Positions 30,001-37,798 of a stretch of DNA of 64,000 nt are shown here, one piece after another; the stretch's first letter is position 1, and each line of letters begins with the position of its first letter. This stretch comes from an uncultured Chloroflexia bacterium (GTDB taxonomy: Bacteria > Chloroflexota > Limnocylindria > Limnocylindrales > CSP1-4): assembly GCA_963720825.1 (NCBI GenBank), contig CAVRGY010000002.1, forward strand, positions 31,672 through 95,671, in the 5' to 3' direction. Position numbers and translations under genes: made by a program. Under the pieces are notes generated by a model. The model was given only the letters and a program-made list of their open reading frames with translations. It had not been told where the DNA came from and did not search any database.

Positions 30001-32678
30001 TCTTGATCACCCAGAAGACCGCGAGCTCCGTCTACGACGAACTGGGCAGAGTCCGCCAGGCAACGGACTTCGGTGGTCTCGTGACCGGGACCGAGTACGA
30101 CCGAACTGGGCGTGGCACGAAGACGTTCGAGGACACCGATGGCGCCGGCGCCATGGCCGCCGTCCAGACCGGCGCGACGACGCACGACGCCGCCGGACGC
30201 GTCCTGACGATGAAAGATCAGCGCCAGGTCGCATCGGGCAGTCTCGGCTACAACCAGATGACCTACGACGAGCTGGGCCGCGAGATCGACGTGACTGAAG
30301 CTGCGGGGAGCAGCCCGAGCGTGGCCTCCACAACCCACTTGGCGTACGACACTCTCGACCGCAAGACCGCCGAGGTGACCGCGTACGGGACGGCGACCGC
30401 GCAGACCACGAGCTACACGTACGACCTGGGCGGCCGGACGACAGCGGTCGACGACGAGTTTACGTGCACGACCGAGTCGTTCGACTACCGGGACCTCGTG
30501 ACCCAGACCGTTCAGGGCCACACAGGCGGCGGCTGCGGCACGAGCGGCTCGGAGGTGACGATCAGCCACGCCTACGACGGCCTCGGACGCGCGACGCGCG
30601 ACGAGATCGCCGGCGCCAGCCGCACGCGGGACGACACGTACGACGCTGCTGGCAACCGGCTGACTGCGGCGACGGCATCCTGGAACGGGAGCGCCTGGGT
30701 CAGCGCGAACGCGACGACATACACCCTCAACCCGCTCGACCAAGTGATGACCGAGGCAATCACTGGCGGCACCACGACGAAGCGGACATATGACCCCGCC
30801 GGCAACGTCGCCGATGTCTGCCGCTGGGAGGCCGGGGCGACCGTGGGCTTGTGCCTGTCCGCCGGCACGACCCCCTGGACCAACCCGCCGACCCACGTCG
30901 CTTCGAGCGCCTATGACGCCCGCAATCAGCGGGTCAGCCTGACCGACGGCACGACGGGCGCGACCACGACCTACGACGCGGACCACAACTACCAGGTGAA
31001 CGCGGTCTACGTGCCCACCGGCTCGGGCCGCGAGCATCAGACCCTCTACGGCTATGACGGCCGTCATCGGGTTACCTCGATCAGCCAGCAGCTGTGCGTC
31101 ATCAGCTCGGGCCACGCCTGCAGCTCGACCACCGCGACGGGCTCCGACATCTACGCCTACGACACGACCGACAACCGAACCCGCGTCGACGAGTCCAACG
31201 GCACGGCGTCGTCCGATCGCTACTACTGCTACGACGCCCGGGGCCAGCTCACGCGCGTCGACACGGCCGCCGGCTGCTCAAGTGGGTCGCTCGAGACGGG
31301 CACGTACGACACGGCGGGCAACCGGACCGACTGGACGATCAACGGTGGACTCCGGGTCCGCTCGGCATACGACGGCGAGGGTCAGCTGTGCGACGTCGAG
31401 TCCGGAGCGTCGCCGGGTGCGCCGTCATGCACCGGCGGCAACATCGCCTACGACGAGGCCGGACGAACCGCCGAGATCCCCAATGGTGAGGGCTTCTGGC
31501 GGATCCTGGCCTACGACGGTGAGGGCCGGATCACCGAGATCTGCGACGCGGCATGCACCGGGATGTCGACGCACCTCAATTTCACCTATGACGCAGATGG
31601 GCGGCGCACGTCGATCGACTTCAGCGAGGGCGGCACTGGCGAGAGCGTCACATTCCGATACGACGGCGACGTGGTCACAGCCGAGTATCTCGACGGCGTG
31701 CTCAACCGCGAGTACCTGACCGACGAGTCCGGGGCGATCGTCAAGATGGTAATCCCGACCGGCCAGTCAAACCCGGGCACGTACATCGTCGTCTGGAACG
31801 GGCACGGCGACGCGACCGGGCTGTGGCGGGTCAAGGCCGACGGCAGCCTCGAGCGCGCCAACACGTTCACCTACGGCACCTGGGGCGAGCCCGGCATCAG
31901 CTGGGGCACGAACAGCGACAACGCCAGCCAGCCGTACGGCGACCTCGGCTTCCGCTTCCTCTACGCCGGTCACTATGGCGTCATGTGGGACGATCGCAAC
32001 GGTCCGCCCCTCTACCTAATGGGCGCTCGCCACTACGACGCAGAGTACGGGCGGTTCCTCCAGCCGGACCCAAGTGCGGCGGAGGCGAACCTGTACGGGT
32101 ACGCCGGGAACGGGCCGGTCTCACGGGTTGATTCCTCGGGTGGATCCTGGTGTGCGTTGCTGCTCTCTGCCACTGCCACCGGTCCGGTTGGCATTGGAGC
32201 CGAGGCCCTCTGCTGGGGTATCACGGGCCTGCTAGCTCTGGCTCTCATCCCGCCCGTATCATCCCTGACCACTGAAATCGTACGCGCCGCCGAGAAGGCA
32301 GCTCGCCAGAATCGTCCGAGCCCCCGAAAATGCGCGGTAATCGGCGAGAACGCGCTGCGTGTCGAGGTTAAGGCAAGGATTTGGCATTGCGAGACCTACT
32401 CCCCGCAGATGAACCTGTGGCGAGGATACCGTGGTCCGAGCATCTCTGAGAAGTACGTACGCCAAGCGCAACTGCGAGACAATGCCAAATGGATAAGCAG
32501 GATGATGGCAGAGGGCAGGATCATCTTCGATATCGGGCCGGACCTAGTGGCGAGAGCTCGGGGGCAGCGCGATTTCCTCAGCCCCTATTACTTCCTCGAG
32601 TACCGGTTGACTTACAGCTATCCGGGCAGGGTCCCGTTGTGGAGGGGTTCGCTGTGGCGAGGGCTCCATCGTGGCTGA
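27033..32678 (+). CDS. Secreted RHS/YD-repeat polymorphic toxin. Has a Sec signal peptide, an RHS-repeat shell, an RHS-associated core domain and a ~180-aa C-terminal toxin tip of unrecognised family.
   Basis: Signal peptide MTARPRLLPRLRVVAMTIVLTVTGVAVQAAP. Dozens of YD repeats (YTYDxxGNR, YDALGR, YAYDGSNRLTS…). RHS core RHYDAEYGRFLQPDP…LYGYAGNGPVSRVDSSG. The GC content of the last ~500 nt is lower. Confidence 0.85.
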   Translation: MTARPRLLPRLRVVAMTIVLTVTGVAVQAAPVAPSHDIPDHPFSLPLPFGLGPQTALAAYCASGPSFQGKLTQQLVNSGTPSTAAWITSNTVYGWISRVDAAWSCTLYRRYSGLTWNVTSTLGIFDYGTIINSTSVSCNWGVGSTDYLKANGTQVCPSTDTSNVLSIQLTKERVYQADASHNGEGDYSFVHSDCATTPYYGAEVQKGSEASPTSFSTGTTNNRPGANCDPIALDSTNTSQTVTYDATVPTIAISSPSTGTPAAPAVVPSAFATVEFDATDAVAGFGGTNGWSLQRKVATPSGGACGTFANDGAAVTGTSAGTGQHSGQSLTVGKCYQWVLTAADQNGNAATAVTSGTILTDTSAVLGSQPQLRTESWDLGAGDSLAVSVGSGNVLINHPIVSLPMRGSSLDIGLTYNSQDAGNVGFGAGWRLNVQRRLTLNADNTVTFIDGSGARYTFTNPQTNGTVTTYPRPSNLYATLVKDTSQQVEFTLTYSGQSLDMFDIAGSEGLLTREQDRFGNGVTLAYVSGTNRITTITDTAASPNRVVNFAYDGSNRLTSITDWAYVSGGVVQTGATGSRRVSRFFYDGSSNLAGWADPLNTTGSCPTGGSHLTCLTLTNGLVTRVGKTQTYETLASGVLGSATRAMNTDVVYSGSDVAAVKDAEQVAASGSGATFSHLNPGQTQVVRPGTPASTTRYTLASPTDAYGRITSVKRLLGASTWIEQRTAYNSTYPIEPASITDNYVDGTPSDTAPDEDRITAYTYVTSSLGLVSRLTEPLTASTHRTTDYTYNAHNDVTQQIVALDGSGSIRTITRFCYDASCTTSGNGLTLLRRIDNYVDGTAGNGAANVEDVTTSFTYDTACAGGATCGQVTRETRANYTTAGTLLDSRAIGHTYDDKGDVTSDIANYVNGTVTSPGDDITPNATTGARTDLTIAHIYDTAGNRVSTADPRRAIESAKGTALNADDFIGRSTFDPLGQTLTSTTATTPGILITQKTASSVYDELGRVRQATDFGGLVTGTEYDRTGRGTKTFEDTDGAGAMAAVQTGATTHDAAGRVLTMKDQRQVASGSLGYNQMTYDELGREIDVTEAAGSSPSVASTTHLAYDTLDRKTAEVTAYGTATAQTTSYTYDLGGRTTAVDDEFTCTTESFDYRDLVTQTVQGHTGGGCGTSGSEVTISHAYDGLGRATRDEIAGASRTRDDTYDAAGNRLTAATASWNGSAWVSANATTYTLNPLDQVMTEAITGGTTTKRTYDPAGNVADVCRWEAGATVGLCLSAGTTPWTNPPTHVASSAYDARNQRVSLTDGTTGATTTYDADHNYQVNAVYVPTGSGREHQTLYGYDGRHRVTSISQQLCVISSGHACSSTTATGSDIYAYDTTDNRTRVDESNGTASSDRYYCYDARGQLTRVDTAAGCSSGSLETGTYDTAGNRTDWTINGGLRVRSAYDGEGQLCDVESGASPGAPSCTGGNIAYDEAGRTAEIPNGEGFWRILAYDGEGRITEICDAACTGMSTHLNFTYDADGRRTSIDFSEGGTGESVTFRYDGDVVTAEYLDGVLNREYLTDESGAIVKMVIPTGQSNPGTYIVVWNGHGDATGLWRVKADGSLERANTFTYGTWGEPGISWGTNSDNASQPYGDLGFRFLYAGHYGVMWDDRNGPPLYLMGARHYDAEYGRFLQPDPSAAEANLYGYAGNGPVSRVDSSGGSWCALLLSATATGPVGIGAEALCWGITGLLALALIPPVSSLTTEIVRAAEKAARQNRPSPRKCAVIGENALRVEVKARIWHCETYSPQMNLWRGYRGPSISEKYVRQAQLRDNAKWISRMMAEGRIIFDIGPDLVARARGQRDFLSPYYFLEYRLTYSYPGRVPLWRGSLWRGLHRG

Positions 32679-33111
32679 TCCAGAGATCACCGCCGCCTGG
32701 ATTGCGGCCGCGGTACGCCGTTGCTTCAGCTTTCTCGAGCGTGATCACAAATACCGCTGGGACGGGTCCACGGCGGACGGGAGGAAGGTCGTCGCGCATT
32801 TCTCCCGACCAGGTTCACAGGTAACTGTTCTGTGGGACGACTGGGAGGGAATGCTCGAAGCGTCGCTCGCTCTGTCAGAGGACTCGGGCACTCGGATTGT
32901 GGACGTGAAGAATCTCCTTTTCGTTCTCGGGCTTGAGCCAACCCAGCGAGGCCCGATCGACGTCCGGAGCCAGAGCGAGATCGACGGCGCAATGCGACTG
33001 ATGGCAGCTGGCCTCGCGGTTGGCCTGGGACCGATATTGGGGGGCGACAGGTCAGCGCTGAGGCAGATCGAGGACTTCGTGGAGGCGGTCGATCCAGGCG
33101 GCATCCGGTGA
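32671..33111 (+). CDS. Candidate cognate immunity protein (146 aa, overlaps the toxin stop by 8 nt).
   Basis: Small ORF translationally coupled to the toxin C-terminus, with lowered GC. Placement is typical of RHS/CDI immunity genes. No recognisable family. Confidence 0.45.
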   Translation: MADPEITAAWIAAAVRRCFSFLERDHKYRWDGSTADGRKVVAHFSRPGSQVTVLWDDWEGMLEASLALSEDSGTRIVDVKNLLFVLGLEPTQRGPIDVRSQSEIDGAMRLMAAGLAVGLGPILGGDRSALRQIEDFVEAVDPGGIR

Positions 33112-33288
33112 AGGGCGATGCCGAGTCGTCGGTTGAGCGCTCGACAATCCGTTGGCACGAGGTGTTGGTTCTATCGGGGCCCGCCGTCGTGGGTGCCCTG
33201 GTCTTGGCACCCACGAAACATCGCCTCTACATCGTCGAGTGCCCGGCTAAGTCGCATCGCGAGGATCTAGTCGCCGCAAATACCGTGA

Positions 33289-33569
33289 TTGGGCCCCGTA
33301 CTTGCCGAGACGTCCGACGCGCTCGGAAATGCCACCACCTACGAGTACGACGCGAACGGCAACCGTGCCTCGAAGACCGACGGCACCGGGACGACGAGCT
33401 ATGCGCGCGACGAGCAGAACCGGCTGACCTCGGTGACCACGCCGGGCCCGGTCACGGTCGGCTACCGCTACGACCTAGACGGCAACCGACGCCGGCTCAT
33501 CTATCCCGACGCCACCGCGGTCGACTACACCTTCGACAAGGCGGACCGGATGGCGTCGCTCAAGAATTC
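33289..33569 (+). pseudogene. RHS (YD-repeat) gene remnant, truncated by the IS3-family insertion.
   Basis: TYEYDANGNRASKTDGTGTTSYARDEQNRLTSVT…YRYDLDGNRRRL…YTFDKADRMASL. Internal YD repeats. The frame runs straight into the IS inverted repeat at 33570. Confidence 0.5.
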
Positions 33570-33599
33570 TTGGACACTTACGGGCTCGGATAGGTGTGA

Positions 33600-34537
33600 T
33601 ACGGGATGCGCCAGGTAGGCCGTGATCGGGGTCGCGAAGTCGAGCGCTTGTGGGGCCGGATCCCGTTGTACAGCTGGCGGAATGCCTCGACCTCGTCGAC
33701 GAGCGCGATCACGTCCGGGATCTCGAGACGGTAGAGGTGCTCGTACTTGAGGGTCTGGTAGAACGCTCGACGACGCGTTGGTCTCGGGCGCGTGGTAGAG
33801 GTTCCGCACGTGGGCGAGCTCCGGCAGACTGGCGATGAAGTGGAGGAAGTCCGAGCTCTTGTACGCGGGACCGTTGTCGGTCACGATGGTCACGGGCTCG
33901 ATCTCGCCGTCTCGTGATCGATGCAGTCCTGGAGGAGGGGATGACCCAGGAGCGTTCGGCGAGCGGCGATTGCGGCCTCGACCGCAGCGATGGCGTAGCG
34001 GGCGCCGGTGGTGCCGCTGACGGGGATCCCGAGGCAACAGCTTGGTCGCGTAGTCGACGACCGGCGCCAGCCGCCAGGTCCCGTGGCGGCTGGTCTCGAA
34101 CTCGGTGAAGTCGGTCTGCCACACGCGGTAGCGGCGTGTAGGCGCCTCGACGAACAGGGCCCGGCGCGCGACCGCGAGCTGCCGTCGTTCGGCCTGGTAG
34201 CGCACGGGCAGGAGCAGATTGCGCCGCGCCAGCGCCCGCAGCACCGAGCTGCGCGACACCGCGCACGCCGTCCGCGCGCAGCATCGCCCAGATCTTGCGG
34301 TGGCCCCATGCTGACCAGCGATACGCCTGCTCGGCCGCACCGGGTCTCGATCGCGTCGACGACCGGGGCCGGCCAGCGGCGAACCGACCGCCCGTGCAGG
34401 TAGCGCAGCCCGCCAGTGGTACCAGGTGGAGCTCGGGATGCCCAAGGCGGGCGAGGAACCGGCGGACCGGGACCGCTCTCTCGGCCCTCAGCTGCTCGAG
34501 CTCTTCGTACGCGGGTAGAGCGCCCCCTTTTTTCGCC
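33600..34537 (-). pseudogene. IS3-family transposase OrfB (rve integrase core), disrupted by at least four frameshifts.
   Basis: Segments (GHRKIWAMLRADGV; RRYRVWQTDFTEFETSRHGTWRLAPVVDYATKLL; IVTDNGPAYKSSDF; PETN…; RPHQALDFATP) follow the correct IS3 OrfB order but alternate among three frames. Confidence 0.6.
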
Positions 34538-34814
34538 ACACGCGGAGCTCCACGTAGGCTTCCCCGAGCGCGGACGTCAGGTCGTCGACCTGGTCCGCGA
34601 GCTCCGTCTCGCGTCTCGAGGCGAGGGAGACCGCGTTGTCGCCCCGGGCGAGGCTCTCTCGGCCGCCTTCGAGGAACTGCTTCTGCCACTTGGCGATCGT
34701 GGTCTGGCTCATCCCGAGCCGACGCGCCACCTCGACCTGGGTGCCCTCTCCCTTGAGCACCGAGAGCACGATGGCGAGCTTCTCGTCGGGCGTCTTGAAC
34801 GGCTTGCGGCCCAC
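34488..34814 (-). CDS. IS3-family transposase OrfA (helix-turn-helix).
   Basis: MGRKPFKTPDEKLAIVLSVLKGEGTQVEVARRLGMSQTTIAKWQKQF… Ends at the AAAAAAG slippery heptamer. Confidence 0.75.
   Translation of the reverse strand: MGRKPFKTPDEKLAIVLSVLKGEGTQVEVARRLGMSQTTIAKWQKQFLEGGRESLARGDNAVSLASRRETELADQVDDLTSALGEAYVELRVWRKKGALYPRTKSSSS
34527..34533 (-). promoter_or_regulatory. Programmed -1 ribosomal frameshift heptamer A AAA AAG of the IS3 element.
   Basis: Minus-strand sequence cgAAAAAAGggggcg at the orfA/orfB junction. Confidence 0.6.
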
Positions 34815-34897
34815 GTCGTCATCACCTCGTCAGGCCCCGGCAGGGATCACAGTGCCGAGTGTCCAACTCAGTCTGACGCAGGACAAATGCCCTAATC

Positions 34898-35247
34898 CTA
34901 TGCTTGGTCTCGTCGCTGTCATCGCGGTCTGGGTACTCCTCCTTGGGTACGGTTGGTCCAAGACAACCGGTCGGCCCAGGGAGCGGCTGGCGGCGATTTG
35001 GTGGCTCCTGGTTGTCATGGCGATTACCCTGGGGTTGCTCGCCATGTTCGCCGCGGTCCCGTGGGCTGGCTCCCTCGTCGTGCCATTCTGCTTGCTGTCG
35101 TTCGGCGCCTACGCGGCGAGGCTTCAGGAGAGCAAAGCAACGATCCGAGGCATCAACCTCCGTCGGAACGGGCCGATTTGGTTCGTTGTGGGGCTCATGT
35201 GGCTGATCGTGGACATCGTCTGGCTCTTGTCGGGTTCACTGACTTGA
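34898..35247 (+). CDS. Small membrane protein with four TM helices and low GC. Possible orphan immunity protein.
   Basis: MLGLVAVIAVWVLLLGYGW…LLVVMAITLGLLAMFAAVPWAGSLVVPFCLLSFGAYAA…IWFVVGLMWLIVDIVWLL. Noticeably lower GC than the surrounding DNA. Confidence 0.4.
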
Positions 35248-35437
35248 GATGTGCGACGTCCCGCCCAAGTCGACGTGGCAGGCGCCAGAACAGCCGTATC
35301 CACAACGGCCTCCCCGTCCAATCCTCCATCCGCCGCCCGATGTCAACGCCGATCCGCATCAGAATCCGACGAGTTTGGTGGGTGCCGGACGGCAACGTCG
35401 GGGCCCGCGTCGGACCAGGCACCCGGCCGGCGGACCT

Positions 35438-35503
35438 GAGCCACGTCACCCGAGCCCGGTCGGACGGCCGAGAATAGCACGCAGCCGTGCCCGGGCCGCG
35501 TTC
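35438..35503. repeat. Right copy of the ~65-bp direct repeat bounding the island, also carrying TGCTATTCT on the minus strand.
   Basis: gagccacgtcacccgagcccggtcggacggccgagaatagcacgcagccgtgcccgggccgcgt aligns with 25671-25736. Confidence 0.65.
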
Positions 35504-35548
35504 GGACACCCGGCCCGAAGCCCCGCCCGGGCCATCGTGAAGCCCCGG

Positions 35549-35902
35549 CTACCGCTCAGCCACGTACCGCCGCTCGCCGGTGCGCGGGTCCACGAACACG
35601 CGCATCGGGACACGGGTTGTGGGATCCACGAACCGCTCGTCGGTCGGTTGGAATCGGGCATCCGGGACGGCGGTCTCGCCGCCCCCCAGGCCGTGGCCGT
35701 CGCCCGACTGCTCGGCCGTGAGCGAGCGGTAGCGGGTCCGCTCGAGGATCACGGCGGCGATCAGCAGCGCGCCGGGAATGAACAGGAACAGGGCCGAGAA
35801 CGCGTCGCCGGTTGGGCCGGTGGTCGCGGCCACGGCAATCCCGCCGACCAGGAGCAGGACGCCGGCCGTCCCGATGACGGCTCGCGCGAGCGCCACGCCC
35901 AT
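35549..35902 (-). CDS. Small membrane protein with two TM helices.
   Basis: Hydrophobic segments VIGTAGVLLLVGGIAVAA and LFLFIPGALLIAAVIL. GC3-biased frame. Confidence 0.4.
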   Translation of the reverse strand: MGVALARAVIGTAGVLLLVGGIAVAATTGPTGDAFSALFLFIPGALLIAAVILERTRYRSLTAEQSGDGHGLGGGETAVPDARFQPTDERFVDPTTRVPMRVFVDPRTGERRYVAER

Positions 35903-35905
35903 GGG

Positions 35906-36250
35906 CTATTCCAGCGGCTGTGCTGCGCCCGCGTCCGGCGTGACCACGACCGCGGTCCCGTAGGCGACGATCTCGGTCATGGTCGATGCCATCTCCGAGG
36001 AGTCGAAGCGCATCGAGATGACGCCGTTGGCGCCCATCATGGTCGCGTTCTGGACCATGCGGTCGACGGCCTGGCGACGGGTGTCCTCGAGCAGGCTCGT
36101 GTACTCGTGGATCTCGCCGCCGGCGATGGAGCGAAGGCTGGCGACGAGGTTCCCGCCCAGGCCGCGGCTGCGGACCACGAGGCCGAACACCTGGCCCTTG
36201 GTCTCGGTCACACGGTGGCCGGCGATGAACGGCGCAGTCGAGATGATCAT
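35906..36250 (-). CDS. YbjQ/UPF0145 (DUF74) family protein.
   Basis: MIISTAPFIAGHRVTETKGQVFGLVVRSRGLGGNLVASLRSIAGGEIHEYTSLLEDTRRQAVDRMVQNA…GANGVISMRFD. This is the UPF0145 signature. Confidence 0.7.
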   Translation of the reverse strand: MIISTAPFIAGHRVTETKGQVFGLVVRSRGLGGNLVASLRSIAGGEIHEYTSLLEDTRRQAVDRMVQNATMMGANGVISMRFDSSEMASTMTEIVAYGTAVVVTPDAGAAQPLE

Positions 36251-36657
36251 CGATCTCCTCCATGCCAGTGGCGGTCGCTCGCCTGAGCGGTCGCGCGGGG
36301 CTCGTGCTCGTGACGCTGGGCGCGGGCTCTTGTGCACTCGGCGCACGGGCAGCGGTCGCGCAGCAGCATGAACGTGTGGTAGCCCGTGTGGTGTCCGTCG
36401 CCCCAGGTCACCTGGACCGCATAGGAGCCCACCAGGGCGACATCGACCAGCGTCGTCTGGTCCGGCGTCAGCGTCGGGTTGGTGTCAAGCCAGCCCGGCT
36501 GGCCCGCCTCGCCGCGGCAGTAGGCGCAGGGGCACAGCCAGCGCAGGGTCGCGGTGTCGTACGCCGTCTGGTGCCCGTCCGCCCACTCGAGGCGAAGCGT
36601 GCCGGTCTTGCGGTCCGCGTCGATGCGGACGGGTGTCGTCGATCGAGGGTCCTGCAC
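36247..36657 (-). CDS. Protein with two DUF971 (gamma-butyrobetaine hydroxylase-like N-terminal) repeats, each with Cys motifs. Stop overlaps the YbjQ start.
   Basis: Two repeats: LRLEWADGHQTAYDTATLRWLCPCAYCRGE and VQVTWGDGHHTGYHTFMLLRDRCPCAECT. Start uncertain. Confidence 0.5.
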   Translation of the reverse strand: MQDPRSTTPVRIDADRKTGTLRLEWADGHQTAYDTATLRWLCPCAYCRGEAGQPGWLDTNPTLTPDQTTLVDVALVGSYAVQVTWGDGHHTGYHTFMLLRDRCPCAECTRARAQRHEHEPRATAQASDRHWHGGDR

Positions 36658-36826
36658 GCTTCGATCGTACTCTCGGCGGGCCGGGTGCACGGTGCCAGGC
36701 GGGGTGCATCGACGCCGGCCGGGTGCACGGCGTCCGGCCGGGCGGCAACCGGGACCTTCATCGGGTCGCCGATGCGGACTATCCCGCAATGGCCTCCGGG
36801 CTGGGCCCCGGTATGCTCGGGCGCGA

Positions 36827-37798
36827 ATGGCGCTCGTGGTCGATCACCTCTCCAAGCGGTTCGGGGCCGTCGTGGCCGTCGACGACCTCACGTTCGAGGT
36901 CGCCCCGGGCCAGGTGTTCGGGTTCCTCGGGGCGAACGGCGCGGGCAAGACGACGACCATGCGGATCGCGGTCGGCGTGCTCGAGCCCGACGCCGGGCAG
37001 GTGACCTGGCGCGGGATACCGAGCACCAGGCTCCCGCGCTCGACCTGGGGCTATCTGCCCGAGGAGCGCGGCCTGTACCCCCGGATGCGGGTGCTCGACC
37101 AGCTGCTGTTCTTCGCCGGGCTCCACGGGATGCCGCGCGAGCGCGCCCGGCGGGAGGCGCTGGCCTGGCTCCGGCGGTTCCGGGCAGAGGATCTCGCCGG
37201 ACGCAAGGCCGAGCAGCTGTCCAAGGGCAACCAGCAGAAGGTCCAGTTCATCGCCGCGGTCCTCCACGACCCGCAGGTGCTGCTCATGGACGAGCCGTTT
37301 TCGGGGCTCGATCCGGTCAACGTGATGCTCCTGCGCGAGGCGTTCCTCGAGCTCCGCGACCGCGGCCGGACCGTCGTGTTCTCCACGCATTCGATGGACG
37401 TCGCGGAATCGCTGTGCGAGGCGGTCGCGATCGTGGACCGGGGCAGGATGGTGGTCGGGGGTCCGGTGCGCGAGGTCCGCCGGTCGACCGGCCGGCGGCT
37501 GGTCCGGATCTCGGTTGCCGGCGACCATCGCCTCCCGTGGCTGAGCGCGGTGCCCGGGACCCGGATCATCCAGGCGGGGATGGATCGCTCGTCGGTGGAG
37601 CTCGATCCCGGGGTCGAGCCGGAGTCGGTGCTGCTGGCGGCCGTCGCCGCCGGCGCCCGCGTCCTCCACTTCGAGGCAGCCGATCCCACCCTCGAGCAGG
37701 TGTTCATCGACCATGTCGGTCATCCCCCGGAGGACGAGCCCCATCTGGCGCCCGGTGCCCCGGAGTCGCCCGTGTCTCGCGTCGGGGATGCGGCATGA
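36827..37798 (+). CDS. ABC transporter ATP-binding protein (ABC-2/NatA-like).
   Basis: Walker A GANGAGKTT, signature LSKGNQQKVQFIAAVL, Walker B LLMDEPFSGLD. Confidence 0.8.
   Translation: MALVVDHLSKRFGAVVAVDDLTFEVAPGQVFGFLGANGAGKTTTMRIAVGVLEPDAGQVTWRGIPSTRLPRSTWGYLPEERGLYPRMRVLDQLLFFAGLHGMPRERARREALAWLRRFRAEDLAGRKAEQLSKGNQQKVQFIAAVLHDPQVLLMDEPFSGLDPVNVMLLREAFLELRDRGRTVVFSTHSMDVAESLCEAVAIVDRGRMVVGGPVREVRRSTGRRLVRISVAGDHRLPWLSAVPGTRIIQAGMDRSSVELDPGVEPESVLLAAVAAGARVLHFEAADPTLEQVFIDHVGHPPEDEPHLAPGAPESPVSRVGDAA

Larger units (their letters stand above)
33570..34866 (-). mobile_element. IS3-family insertion sequence, about 1.3 kb. Both ends begin TTGGACACT. orfA is intact, with an A6G slippery site. 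orfB has decayed, with several frame disruptions.
   Basis: orfA HTH protein plus integrase-core (rve) fragments spread over three frames. Terminal TTGGACACT at 33570-33578, and its reverse complement at 34858-34866. Confidence 0.7.

Noticed and set aside
32330-32420. An HCE tripeptide (IWHCETY) in the RHS toxin tip resembles a deaminase H[AC]E motif.
   Set aside because: There is no downstream PCxxC zinc-ligand motif and no other deaminase features.
33108-33593. 161-aa ORF overlapping the immunity gene end and the RHS remnant.
   Set aside because: No coding signal beyond the first ~60 codons. It lies in another frame of the YD-repeat remnant and is probably spurious.
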